A stretch of 64,000 bases of DNA, taken from the NCBI GenBank assembly GCA_002269645.1, contig NIVC01002375.1, positions 16,165-80,164 on the forward strand. The letters are read 5' to 3'. The notes under the pieces are model-generated. The model was not told the DNA's origin and ran no database searches. It worked only from the letters and a program-made list of their open reading frames with translations. The translations under genes and the position numbers were made by a program. The stretch's first letter is position 1, and each line of letters starts with the position of its first letter. This stretch comes from Macrostomum lignano (taxonomy: Eukaryota). Below, piece by piece: positions 24,355 to 36,897 of this stretch.

Positions 24355-24487
24355 TCCAGAAGGCAATCCGAGATCTTTCAAAGTTTGAAAGATGATTTTT
24401 TCAGTTTTTCCGGAAGCGAAGGTCTTGCTGATCACGCGAACTGGGATACAGTTGTTGGCGTTAACTGAGAAGCACAGTTTCATCCAG
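24352..24487 (-). CDS. PLCB4: PLC-beta exon 6 (EF-hand region)
   Basis: (H)[45 protein letters not shown]; TTCTTCAG| and |GTAATT. Confidence 0.9.
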
Positions 24488-24559
24488 CTGAAGAAATATG
24501 ACGATTATTATTTAAAAAATTATAATGTATTATGAAAATTATAGTTAGTAATATCTTAC

Positions 24560-24639
24560 TGTTTTCTTAGCTGTGTCATCGGACAAACATTGCTAGCCTT
24601 GGTATTGTGAGTTAACGGCCTCAGATCTTGAATCCACGC
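24560..24639 (-). CDS. PLCB4: PLC-beta exon 5
   Basis: AWIQDLRPLTHNTKASNVCPMTQLRK; TCCGCAG| and |GTAAGA; phase 0 to 2. Confidence 0.9.
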
Positions 24640-24737
24640 CTGCGGAAAATAAAAATTTTATAAACAATTAATAACTATGTTCAATAATATTTATTAAAAA
24701 GATAGTAAGGCGTGGAGAAAAGCAGACGGAAGACAGA

Positions 24738-24996
24738 ATGGGAGAGTAGACACAGGATGGTGGAGGGTAGACAGTGGATGGAGAGAGTAGACACAGGATG
24801 GTGGAGGGTAGACAGTGGATGGAGAGAGTAGACACAGGATGGTGGAGGGTAGACAGTGGATGGAGAGAGTAGACACAGGATGGTGGAGGGTAGACAGTGG
24901 ATGGAGAGAGTAGACACAAGATGGTGGAGGGTAGACAGTGGATGGAGAGAGTAGACACAGGATGGTGGAGGGTAGATAGCGGATGAAGAGAGAGTA
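24738..24996 (+). repeat. 41-bp minisatellite abutting the mariner
   Basis: GAGAGAGTAGACACAGGATGGTGGAGGGTAGACAGTGGATG, about 6 copies. Confidence 0.95.
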
Positions 24997-26178
24997 TGAG
25001 GGTTGTCAGAAAAGTTCTGTGTATTAGAGAATAGCTCAGCTCTATGAATAGCTGAAGAGGTGGGGTTTTAGCCATAGATTTATACATATATAAAGAATTC
25101 CGTCCCGCGGGAGAGTTTTTCTAAACGCGACAATCGAGCGATCATCAAGTTTCATGTCCTTCAGGGGCGTTCAGCAACTGAGATTTTTGAAGAAATGCGG
25201 CAGACCATAGGAGACTTTTGCCCATCTTATGAGAGTGCTCGGACTGACAGCCTGGTGAGTCAGGTGGAGGCAGCTGTGCTGCAGGACCAGAGACTGACCA
25301 ACAGGCAGCTGGCTGATGCCATAGGGGTGTCCCACGACTCAGTCCACAAGATCCTGACCGAGGACCTTGGGATGCGCAAGGTCTGTGCCAAGTGGGTGCC
25401 GCATCTGCTCACTGACGATCAGCGGGCTCGGCGGGTCGCCATGTGCGCATCCAACCTGCAGCGGTGTCGGCGGGAGGGCATGGCGTTCCTGCAGAAGATC
25501 GTTGCCTGCGACGAAACCTGGGCGCATTCTTGGGAGGCGGAGTTGAAGCGGCAGAGTGCCAAATGGTGCAGGCCAGATTCTCCGCGACCTCAAAAAGCCA
25601 TCCGGAGCATCGGTCAGTTGAAGGTCATCCACGTGACTTTCTTCGACCGGGAGGGTCTGTTGTTCGATCAGCCTGTGCCAGTGGGGCAGACGGTCAATGG
25701 TGATTTCTACCTGTCGGTTCTGGTGAAAGTTCGGCGTGCCATTCGGGACAAAAGGCCTGCGCTTCACGCGGCTGGGCCGATTCTGCTTCACGACAACGCA
25801 GCCCCGCACCGAAAGCAAAGCGTGCTGGCTACGAAAGAGTCGTGGGGATGGGAAATTCTTCCACATCCGCCTTATTCCCCGGACTTGAGTCCATGCGACT
25901 TTTTCCTCTTCCCTCGCATCAAGGAGTCGATGCGGGGCCAGCGTTTCAGCGCAGAGGAAGACGTGAATCGGGCCTACAAGGCTGGCATTGCCGCCGTGAC
26001 GAACAATGGCATGACTGCAGGCATTGACGGGCTGGTGCGGCGTTGGGAGAAGTGCATTGAAGCTGAGGGCTCATACTTTGAGTGAATAGATGTTAAGGAA
26101 GACATTTGTAACTTTTCATGTTTCTACTGTTTATCGTTCTCAAGTTATTACAATATACACAGAACTTTTCTGACAACC
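24997..26178 (+). mobile_element. Mariner (DD34D) transposon, internally deleted, in PLC intron 4
   Basis: Perfect 24-bp inverted repeats at 25001-25024 and 26155-26178, with TA on both flanks. The transposase ORF (25195-26085) has WVPHLL, CDETW, HDNA and YSPDLSPCD, with 34 residues between D2 and D3. Confidence 0.92.
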
Positions 26179-26589
26179 TAGACTACGTAGACAGAGGACA
26201 GGAGACTGAAGAGGAGATGCCATAAAATACAGGCACGCACAGAAGACACGCAGGCAAGCTGGCAATGAAACTGGATAAAAGTCAGGGAGAGCGCATTAAA
26301 AAAGCAACAAGATCAGCAAGAGGCATACAGTGAATCCTCGAGGTCGAGGCGGGAAGGCCAAAATGAAGCGAAGAAGAGCAGATCAAATCGAATTGGTATG
26401 CGTTAGTAGCCCCCCCAACCCCCTGCCGCCTCAAATCGGCACTTCTAGGGAACTGACGACCTGAGAGAGAGAAAGAGAGGAAGGAAAGAATTGAGTTCAG
26501 TTAACCAAGACCGGTTAGCTAGCCGCAGAAAAAGAAAAGAGGGCAGCAGCAGAGGCAGCGGTGACGGGGCGCCAACTATAAATAGATTA

Positions 26590-26709
<120 letters not shown>

Positions 26710-26982
26710 TTTCGTTTCGGCCAGGGTTCAGCCTCCCACTCGCCATCAGTTGGAGTGGAGGATTGGAGAGGAGAAGGGGGGGTATGGCCGAAGACCGAGC
26801 GAGCTCTTCTTATTTCACGCTTAGCTAGCAACCGAAAGGAACTGAAACTCGTTGCATGACGGCCCCTGGAATGCGCCTGCGCTACCGCATGTATTACATG
26901 CTGAACCACTGTCGCATTAAACCCATCTATATGTACTATGCGTATTGTTTGCATATATGACGCTAAATAGAGATAGGAAAAC

Positions 26983-27620
26983 AGAGGGTTGGCAGATAGA
27001 GGGTAGGTAAATTGAGGGTAGGTAGATAGAGGGTAGGTAGACAGAGGGTTGGCAGATAGAGGGTAGGTAAATTGAGGGTAGGTAGATAGAGGGTAGGTAG
27101 ACAGATGGTTGGCAGATAGAGGGTAGGTAGATAGAGGGTAGGTAGATAGAGGGTTGGCAGATAGAGGGTAGGTAGACAGACGGTTGGCAGATAGAGGGTA
27201 GGTATACAGGGTCGGCAGATAGAGGGTAGGTAGACAGACGGTTGGCAGATAGAGGGTAGGTAGATAGAGGGTTGGAAGATAGAGGGTAGGTAGACAGAGG
27301 GCTGGAAGATAGAGGGTAGGTAGACAGAGGGTTGACAGATAGAGGGTAGGTAGACAGAGGGTTGGAAGATAGAGGGTAGGTAGATAGAGGGTAGGTAGAT
27401 AGAGGGTAGGTAGACAGATAGAGCGTGTTAGATAGAGGGTGTTGGATAGAGAGTGCTATATAGAGGGTAATAGATCGTGTGATAGATAGAAGGAAATACA
27501 ATAGATAAAGTGTGTTAGATAGAGGGTAATAGATTAAGTGTGCTAGATAGAGGGTGTTACATAGAGGGTGTTAGATAGAGGGTGTTAGATAGACGGTGTT
27601 AGATAGAGGGTGTTAGACAG
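26983..27620 (+). repeat. 14-15-bp G-rich minisatellite
   Basis: AGATAGAGGGTAGGT / AGAGGGTTGGCAGAT grading into TGTTAGATAGAGGG. Confidence 0.93.
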
Positions 27621-28186
27621 CAGAAATTATTTAAAAGCATGAACCACAGAATGAATGTGACAAAACAATGAATAATATAAGAGTTATAGCTTTAAAATAG
27701 TCCCTTGGGGAAATTTCATACACTTGAACTAACCCCATCTGAATGATTTGAGAGTTTAAACTAAGAAAAGTTGGTGTGAAATCAACATACGCCGACACCT
27801 GTAAGATCTGACAGGCGCAGACAGGTTGTATAGCCACAAACAGTTGTAAATCTATTGGCAAACGGACGAACTAACTTGTATGTCAAAGATAGCAGCTGAA
27901 TATTTCCAACCTTGTGAATTAGAGGGCTTGTCCAGTACAGCTAAAAAACTGTGATATCTCAGTCAATTGTCAGCCTGTATCAAGCGCACGGCATAGCAGC
28001 AGATAACAGAAATGGTAAAAGAATGCTTTTGCACTTTATTGCAGACCCAAAAATTATTGTCTACAGCTGGGGGAACCCAAAATAACTAGCTGTGGCTGCG
28101 TTAGAAATAAATAGATTACATGCAGGTAAATATATCAATTTATCATTTAAATTAAAAACCTATCTGCCCTTACGCTTGTCTTTGCG

Positions 28187-28188
28187 TC

Positions 28189-28231
<43 letters not shown>

Positions 28232-28234
28232 GCC

Positions 28235-28309
<75 letters not shown>

Positions 28310-28312
28310 ATG

Positions 28313-28359
<47 letters not shown>

Positions 28360-28384
28360 GTGTCTTAGTGTCTGTCTGTCTTAG

Positions 28385-28416
<32 letters not shown>

Positions 28417-28471
28417 AGTCAGTCTGTCTGTCTGTCTGTCAGTCTGTCTGTCATTCTGTCTGTCTGTCTGT
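28187..28471 (+). repeat. (TCTG)n microsatellite
   Basis: Long TCTG run about 30 bp from the exon 4 donor. Confidence 0.97.
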
Positions 28472-28504
28472 CAAGTCAAGAGCCAATCAATCACTGAAAC
28501 TCAC

Positions 28505-28642
28505 CATGGCAGTTTTCTCATCCTGGGCCACCATGTGCGTGTAGACAATATTAACCAAATCGGTGCCAGAGCAGATGGTTACTACCCGGTTGTCAAGGGC
28601 GCCGGTGCCTCGCTCAGACAAATTGTTAACAATCTTGTCTTC
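28505..28642 (-). CDS. PLCB4: PLC-beta exon 4
   Basis: EDKIVNNLSERG...VTICSGTDLVNIVYTHMVAQDEKTAM; CTACAG| and |GTGAGT; 138 nt. Confidence 0.85.
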
Positions 28643-29210
28643 CTGTAGAAATAATGATTTAGGAGAAAACGCACATGAAGCAATAAGATAAATCAAGTAA
28701 CACAGCAATGCTGGCGCAGAAACAGTACAAGCGTGTATCCAGAAAATTTTACTATTTCTTAGAAATATCAGCCAGTTTCATAGAAAATAATTCGAAAGCG
28801 ATACGAGATTAGCTAGGCCGAACGGATTTTCAAGGGGTCGTTTCTTAATCCCCCTAGCAAAGACAAAAAATTCTTGAGAAGACTGAACTGGGCCGTCTGG
28901 TGAGAAAATGAGATTTATGGATTGGATTAATCTGCAAGGCTAGAAAAGCTGAGGGAAATTGGGGAGGCCGGGCGCCGCACCGAGCTGAAATCTCGAAATC
29001 AATGGATGAACGAGAAACCCCCCCTCTTGGAGACAGGAAAAAGGAAGGAGGTGCAGCAATTGTACGAGCGGGCTCGCTACTGAGTTCTTTTTCTTTCTTG
29101 CTTGTGAAAACAACGCCTGAGCAGAGCTGCTCAGTCAAGACTAATCGGGGTTGTTGGGATTTCAAATCAATTCCCAGAAACCCTTGCGAACAGTTGGACG
29201 CTGCTTCAGA

Positions 29211-29932
29211 ACCTCTGATAATCTAATTTGGCGCCACCTCCATCCAATAATCTAATTTGGCGCCACCTCCATCCAATAATCTAATTTGGCGCCACCAACC
29301 GATGGATTACTTTGGCGCCACCTCCAATAATCTAATTTGGCGCCACCTCTGATAATCTAATTTGGCGCCACCTCCATCCAATAATTTAATTTGGCGCCAC
29401 CTCCATCCAAGAATCTAATTTGGCGCCACCTCCGATGGATTACTTTGGCGCCACCTCTAATAATCTAATTTGGCGCCACCTCCATCCAATAATCTAATTT
29501 GGCGCCACCTCCGATGGATTACTTTGGCGCCACCTCTAATAATCTAATTTGGCGCCACCTCCGATGGATTACTTTGGCGCCACCTCTAATAATCTAATTT
29601 GGCGCCACCTCCATCCAATAATCTAATTTGGCGCCACCTCCATCCAATAATCTAATTTGGCGCCACCTCTGATAATCTAATTTTGGCGCCACCTCTGATA
29701 ATCTAATTTGGCGCCACCTCTGATAATCTAATTTGGCGCCACCTCCGATAATCTAATTTGGCGCTACCTCTGAGGCTCTGATATTCTAATTTGGCGCCAC
29801 CTTTGATTGTTTAATTTGGCGCCACCTCTGATATTCTAATTTGGCGCCACCTCCGATTTTCTAATTTGGCGCCACCACTGATTGTCTAATTTGGCGCTAC
29901 CTTTGATTGTCTAATTTGGCGCTATCTCCGAT
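29211..29932 (+). repeat. GGCGCC-core minisatellite (about 24-30 bp), left arm of an inverted pair
   Basis: Unit (A)TCTAATTTGGCGCCACCTC(T/C)GATA, roughly 28 copies. Confidence 0.95.
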
Positions 29933-30788
29933 CGCATAATTTAACTCTATTATTTCCACTAATATTCAGCTTCGAAAGCTCCGCTTCTCTCAACAGTACA
30001 GCACCAAGTCAGCAGACAAGTGCTAAGCGCTTTGACACAGACGGAATATAATATTGCTGCAGTAGACAAATAAGAGAACGGGTTAGAGAGAGAGAGATAC
30101 AGACCTTTATTAAAGCTACTAAATTACCAACCAAGTCTCGAGAATATTTGTACTCGTACAGACACTCGGACACAACAGTACCGCTATAGCCTTAACGTGT
30201 GTTTCATTGATTGCACTGAGTCAATATTGCTATACATTAGAAGCTGCATACACACATATCTACAAGTGTATCTTGAAAGAGTTGAAAGAAACTGAGAGAG
30301 AGGAAGAGGAGGGTCAACCCCTCTCTGTCTCTGGTGCTGCGATTCCCGGTGGTTGTGTTTGGGGGTGAGTGGTGGGCTAGTCGAGAGAACCGAGAGACAC
30401 GGAGACAGACATCATTCGAATGGGTCAAGAAGCAAGGGAATGGATTGAACCAAGGAGGACACTTGGAACAAGAATTCTGCAGATTTCTGCTTTGCGAAAG
30501 CAATTGCGAGGTCTTGTTTGTGTATTTTTTGTTTCGTGTTTACTGGTATAGACATGACACCATAAATTTCATTCACGCTGGGTGCTAAATTTCAATGTAA
30601 ATTCCGTATTTTCGGCAATTCATATTTTATTTAAATTATTATTAACAATTTTTAAAAGATTAGGATTATTGGGATTTTAAGACTTCAATCAATTGTCAAA
30701 TTTAAGTTATCAGTAATCATGGAGTCTGCAGACTTCTGTGCAACTTCCGTGAATAATGTAAAGGGTAATTAAGCGACAATGTCACACA

Positions 30789-31079
30789 ACCGGCGAGAGG
30801 CATTACTGCCCATTCCGCCGACTCCCCTGAGCAGCAGATACATACACAGTCATACGCACAGGCACACACTAACACAGGCGTGTACAGCGGCCCTGACTTT
30901 ATTTATCGTTTGGCATGTACACTTCACTGTGCCTTGGGGGTTGGCCCTCCCTCAAGGGAGTTAATTGCACGAGCAAAGCCAAGCCGAGATTCCAATTTAG
31001 TCCGAAACTCATGTGACTGCACTTGGAATCGAGCCTGGACCGCTGACACATCAGAGCGCCGTGCTAAACCATTGGGCTA
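30789..31079 (-). mobile_element. tRNA-derived SINE-like element
   Basis: A-box TAGCCCAATGG (31079-31069) and B-box-like GGCTCGATTCC (31035-31025) at tRNA spacing. The body recurs at 32996-33170 (same strand) and about 32160-32225 (opposite strand). Confidence 0.55.
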
Positions 31080-31816
31080 AAAAATTCTGCATCCTAAGGA
31101 CTCAATGTTTTTTGTCAATTCTTTGTATCCGAAATTTTAATGATTTACTTTTATTCCAACTAAAAGAAGACGTCTTGAGGGAACTCGCTTAGTTCTCCTT
31201 ATGTTCCAGTTCGCCTGGCAAGGGCCACTGGCACTCTCTCACTCTCTCTCTCTCTCTGAAGGAATTCCCAAGAGTGCAGGCGCCTGCTAGCCCGCTCTGC
31301 CCACCAATGACTGCGCGTGCTCACAGATCCGAGGATTGAGCACCTTATTGCTCAATACGTCCGCTGCATTAACCCTACTCTCTCTCCCTATCCATCTGGG
31401 TAGGATGCGTATCAGTCTTAACTATACACACACCACACATAGGAAACTATTGAAAGCTAGAAATTTTTTATAACACTATACAACTACTTAGTTATTCATT
31501 GATAGTCAAGAAAAGTTGACAGGAAGCCAGAGACACAGGCATAATAAGCGGCAGAATAAGCGAACTATTCTCATTCATTTGGGCCCGGTTAATGGATAGC
31601 TAAGCGGATTCGAAAGCTTTTAGCTCTTAGGCCTGTACATGCATGCAGGCAGCTAGGCAGAATGCATATTCGCTGCCCTGCTTAAGTCTATGCTAGTTAA
31701 AAATCTGTTCGAACGTTTTTATTAGCATTGTTGTAGCATAGTTGTTTACGCTACATATCGGCAAATTTCAAAAATAAGGTACAAACTTCACACTGTGGTG
31801 TTGAATTCGACAATCA

Positions 31817-32057
31817 ACGTGGCGCCAAAATAAATTTTCAGAGGTGGCGCCAAAATTAGATTATTGGAGGTGGCGTTAAATTAGATTATCGGAGGTGGCG
31901 CCAAATTAAACAGTCGGAGGTGGCGCCAAATTAAACAGTCGGAGGTGACGCCAAATTATACAGTGGGAGATGGCGCCAAATTATACAGTCGAAGATGGCG
32001 CCAAATTAGATTATCAGAGATGGCGCCAAATTATACAGTCGGAGGTGGCGCCAAATC
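31817..32057 (-). repeat. GGCGCC-core minisatellite, inverted right arm
   Basis: GGAGGTGGCGCCAAATTAGATT, the reverse complement of the left-arm unit; about 10 copies at 25-bp period. Confidence 0.93.
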
Positions 32058-32995
32058 AGAAAATTAGGGTTGACAATTAACTCCTCAGTGTCGTATCATT
32101 ATCTTACATGAGAGCCCAATCTACCAGTCGCAGAGTGTGTTTCGTCACTGGCTGACAATGAGATAGTCAGGGCCGGTGTACCCTGTGTGAGCGTGTGTCA
32201 GTGCTTGCTCAGGGTTGCTGCCCGCCGTTGCAGATCAACTGTCGCCTTGTGATTTGCGGCAGCGCCCAGTAGGGCCAGCTCGACCTTTACTCAACTAGAA
32301 GTAAAACTAGAAGCGGAGAAATCCAACCCCGATTTCCCTTCTACTTCATCCCCTCGCCCTCCTCAGCAAAGCAAACCAAATGAACTTGATTGATGCCTAT
32401 GTTTCACAAAGAAAAAAGAGAAAACGGAGAAATAACTTATATACATTAGAAAGATATACACTCGTATGCGTTACACTATATAGTACTATCTTATTATAGA
32501 GTTAGCATAGAGAAAAAGATATCATCAAGGACACCAGTTGAGCACCGTGAGCAGACTAAAGGAGTGGGTGGGCAATCAAAAGACCGCTAGCTAATAGGAT
32601 TAGTCAAATAAGTTCTCAAGAATTGCTTTCCTACACTAGCTTTTTCCTCCTGCTAACTAATACCCCTTCCTGCCTCTTAGCACACTAGCTCAGCTAATCT
32701 CTATATACTAGCATGTAATGTAATAACCCTTCTTTCGTTAGATCCTTAAAGAGCTTCCTTAATAGCCTTATATGAAGCTTTAAATTCTAGAGAAACCTTC
32801 AAATGTTTACCATTCGAATTATTTTAAATCACTCAGCTGTGTGTTTTTCTTCAAACAATTTTATTCAACTTTAAAAGCAGATTTGACACGATTTTAACTC
32901 CAAAAGGCAATCTATCACGCCACGGGAAAAATGCTGTACAATTAACTAAATTTGTGTATTATTCTGCCGTACTTGAAGTTTTAGTTACTTTAAGT

Positions 32996-33170
32996 ACTGG
33001 TGAGAGGCATTACTGCCCATCCATTCCGCCGGCTCCCCTAAGCAGGCACACAAGCGCGCGGATACGTACGCAGTCATACGCACAGGCACACTTGCACAGG
33101 AGTGTACAGCGGCCCTTTGACTTTCTAATCGTCAAGACATGTACACTCTCTGTTGTCTTGGGGGATTCGA
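32996..33170 (-). mobile_element. 3' fragment of the same SINE-like family
   Basis: Shares GAGAGGCATTACTGCCC, CAGTCATACGCACAGGCACAC, GTGTACAGCGGCCCT and CATGTACAC with 30789-30947. Confidence 0.6.
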
Positions 33171-33802
33171 CTTAGGTTGGTGTGAATAGAACCGATGACA
33201 ATCAAACACAAGCTACAATTTGTATGTCTTATTTGGCGTACCCAGCTACAAGTTAGTGCAGTAGCTTGTATGCTGCCCTACTTTATTTTTAGATTTGAAA
33301 TCTAAAGCATCCTAAACTTCTTGAAATTGAATCCATAAAAGCCCCGACGGAGACAGCGTGCGAATTCCTTGCTTAATTGAAACTGCTTTTAGTTGACGTC
33401 TGTTTCATTTAGCGATCAAATTACCTTCAAGTGGCGTTAAGATCTATACGCATATATACTAAAGCTAATCATTGACAATCAGTTTGAAATTTTCAAATCA
33501 ATAGGATGTAATCCATTGAAACAAAATCGCGAGTTTTTTTAACAAAAATTGTTGATCGAATCAATAAAATCTTAATTTATATTAACAAAATAGAAACTGA
33601 TTTCTTTTAAATTTAAATTATTGCCAGTCTTAAGCTAAGTTGGCTGTACACTTACACTCAGGCTAGTCAGGCTAACCACACCGCTGCCAACTGTTGGCAC
33701 AGTGTTTGGTAAAAATGTCGATGAAATTTTACGTGTCACAGAGGTCGGCCTTGCCTGCGCTTCGAGTGGCGATTGTTTAATGCGCTTTTTACTGCATGCG
33801 GC

Positions 33803-34390
33803 TGCTGGTGTGGCCGGCTGGTATGGGGCAGCTGGTATGGGGTAGCTGGTATGGGGTAGCTGGTATGGGGTAGCTGGTATGGGGCAGCTGGTATGGGGTA
33901 GCTGGTATGGGGTAGCTGGTATGGGGTAGCTGGTGTGGGGTAGCTGGTGTGGGGTAGCTGGTATGGGGTAGCTGGTATGGGGTAGCTGGTGTGGGGTAGC
34001 TGGTGTGGGGTAGCTGGTGTGGGGTAGCTGGTGTGGGGTAGCTGGTATGGGGTAGCTGGTGTGGGGTAGCTGGTGTGGGGTAGCTGGTGTGGGGTAGCTG
34101 GTATGGGGTAGCTGGTGTGGGGTAGCTGGTGTGGGGTAGCTGGTGTGGGTTAGCTGGTGTGGGGTAGCTGGTACGGGGTAGTTGGCATGGGGTAGCTGGA
34201 TGAGGTAGCTGAAATGGGGTAGCTGGGATGAGGTAGCTGAAATGGGGTAGCTGGGATGGGGTATCTGGGATTGGGAATTTAGGATGAGGTATCTGGGATG
34301 GGGAATTTAGGGTGGGGTATCTTAGATGGGGAATTTAAGATGGGTGTCTGGGATGGGGAATTTAGGATGGGGTATCTGGGATTCGTATCT
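33803..34390 (+). repeat. 14-bp G-rich minisatellite
   Basis: GCTGGT(A/G)TGGGGTA, decaying rightward into GGGATGGGGAATTTA-type units. Confidence 0.93.
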
Positions 34391-35085
34391 GAATAAGACG
34401 GTTTTTAGATGTGAAATTTCTGATGGGGTCTAAAAGTTCTTACGATATACATCACACAACACATTACCATATAACATGTTGAATGTAACAACAATCGAAC
34501 TCAACCGCACGCACAGTTTAAATGCGGACAAAAGGCGTGACTTAAATTCCATAGATGAATGAAAAATCTTTAAAAGAACCAGCAAACATAATTTATCGAG
34601 CATACATTATTTTATAAAATCTTGGATAAAAATATGGAAAAGCAGACAGCTGAAGAAAAAACTGACACAGAAATAGATAGAGACAGAGGAGACGCTAAAA
34701 TATTCTGCCATTTAATTATTCAACAACACCGCTAGCAGCTGCAGACGGAATCGGGAACGGGATACATAGAGGACACGTGAGCATGCAAGAAGTCGGGTTC
34801 TCAGGCAGTTCAGAATTAAAACGCAAGACTGCTGTACTAATCTGTGTGCAGTGCAAAAAAGACAGGTGAAATTCTTATAGTTCCACCAGGCCTCATTAGG
34901 GGCAAGTCACACAGACTTACAATTTAATAGGGAAGCTGCGTGTAAGCGGAAATGATGTTGGAGACAGACAGAACTGATAGAGGATGGATAGGGAAATTGA
35001 ATACAGTAAGTAAGAGAGGAGCGAGGTGCAATACATTTTCTATGTAAAAAGCTGAACTGCTGAATTTAGGAAATATCAGAGAGTG

Positions 35086-35500
35086 CTCAGGCTGAGGATC
35101 TGGGAGTGCAGCTGCTCAGGCTGAGGATCTGGGAGCGCAGCTGCTCAGGCTGATCAGGGAGTGCAACTTCTGGGAGGCTGGCCCAGCAACTGAGGATCTG
35201 GGAGGCTGGCCCAGCAACTGAGGATCTGGGAGGCTGGCCCAGCAACTGAGGATCTGGGAGGCTGGCCCAGCAACCTGAGGATCTGGGAGGCTGGCCCAGC
35301 AACTTACACTCTGGGAGGCTGGCCCAGCAACCTGAGGATCTGGGAGGCTGGCCCAGCAACCTGAGGATCTGGGGAGGCTGGCCCAGCAACCTGAGGAACT
35401 GGGAGGCTGGCCCAGCAACTGAGGATCTGGGAGGCTGGCCCAGCAACTGAGGATCTGGGAGGCTGGCCCAGCAACTGAGGATCTGGGAGGCTGGCCTAGC
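35086..35500 (+). repeat. 28-29-bp minisatellite
   Basis: CTGAGGATCTGGGAGGCTGGCCCAGCAA(C). Confidence 0.95.
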
Positions 35501-35670
35501 AAATGAAGATATCGTAGAGTCGCTGACAATACGTTAGAGCCTTTACAATAGCTTGAATAGAAGGCAATTTTAAAACACAGCACAACAATCAAAGCAAATA
35601 ACCGGCAGTCCACAACGACAGAAGCAAATCCAACCAAAAATAAACTTGAACAACTAACAGCACAGCTTAC

Positions 35671-35730
35671 CTTCGGTTTTGAACCAGTTCTAACATCGCT
35701 AACTTGCGAAAGCTCCAGCACTTGACCCTC
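35671..35730 (-). CDS. PLCB4: PLC-beta exon 3
   Basis: EGQVLELSQVSDVRTGSKPK; TTTGCAG| and |GTAAGC; 60 nt. Confidence 0.9.
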
Positions 35731-35833
35731 CTGCAAAGGGGAAAAATCGTGATTAATTACGCGTTAGAATTTATGATTTATTATGCAAAAAACTAATTAG
35801 AAAACTCGAAGCTCCAGCAAGCATCGGGCTTAC

Positions 35834-35914
35834 CCCATTTTCGCTTTTCCAATAGATAAAAAATCCGAACTCATCGACTTTCACTTCGCAGCCCTGCTCA
35901 AGGGAGCCGTTGTA
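35834..35914 (-). CDS. PLCB4: PLC-beta exon 2 (PH domain)
   Basis: YNGSLEQGCEVKVDEFGFFIYWKSENG contains the KVDEFGFF motif. CAG| acceptor, |GTAAGC donor; 81 nt. Confidence 0.9.
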
Positions 35915-36325
35915 CTGCGGGAAAGGAGGAGCCGAAATAGTCATAAAATGATACAATTTATTAATAATTATATCCATATTATTACTAATATATATATAAT
36001 GTAATAAAATGCAATTATTTAGAAAACCTAATAAGAAAGCAACGGCCAGGATTCAAGGCGGGGGCGATAAGAACGCATATGAAAGAGCGCCAGATACGAT
36101 CTAATAACCCTCTCGGCGTTGCCAAGCTCCCCGCTGTGCTAGCTGCGTTCCCCCATACTAGCTAGCGACCTAGAGATGCGGATTTTTCCTGGCCTTGGGA
36201 AGACTGATCAAGAGGAAAAAAATTACCCAAAAGAAATCAAGCGAAAAGTTTCTAGGCAGAGAGAGAAGAGAGTTTAAAATTTAAGGAGTCCGCCAGCCTT
36301 ACCAGCCTAGTGTAAGGCGACTGGC

Positions 36326-36897
36326 CCTGTGTGTGTCTGTGGCTGCCTGCCTGCCTGTCTATGTGTCTGTGGCTGCCTGCCTGCCTGTCTATCTGTGTCT
36401 GTGGCTGCCTGCCTGTCTGTGTCTGTGGCTGCCTGCCTGCCTGTGTCTGTGGCTGCCTGCCTGCTTGTGTCTGTGGCTGCCTGCCTGTGTCTGTCTGTGG
36501 CTGCCTGCCTGCCTGTGTCTGTGGCTGCCTGCCTGTCTGTGTCTGTGGCTGCCTGCCTGCCTGTGTCTGTGGCTGCCTGCCTGCTTGTGTCTGTGGCTGC
36601 CTGCCTGTGTCTGTCTGTGGCTGCCTGCCTGCCTGTGTCTGTGGCTGCCTGCCTGTCTGTCTGTGGCTGCCTGCCTGTCTGTCTGTCTGTGTCTGTGGCT
36701 GCTTGCCTGCCTGCCTGTCTGTGTCTGCCCGCCTGCCTGTCTGTCTGTGTCTGCCTGCCCGTCTATGTCTGTGGCTGCCTGCCTGTCTGTCTCTGTCTGT
36801 GGCTGCCCGCCTGCCTGTCTGTCTGTCTGGCTCTCTGTGTCTGTGACTGCCTGCCTGTCTGTCTTCATGTCTGTCTGTCTGTCTTAGTGTCTGTCTA
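36326..36897 (+). repeat. Compound TGTCTGTGGCTGCCTGCC repeat (PLC intron 1)
   Basis: Mixed TGCC, TGTC and TGTG tetramers in units of about 24 bp. Confidence 0.93.
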
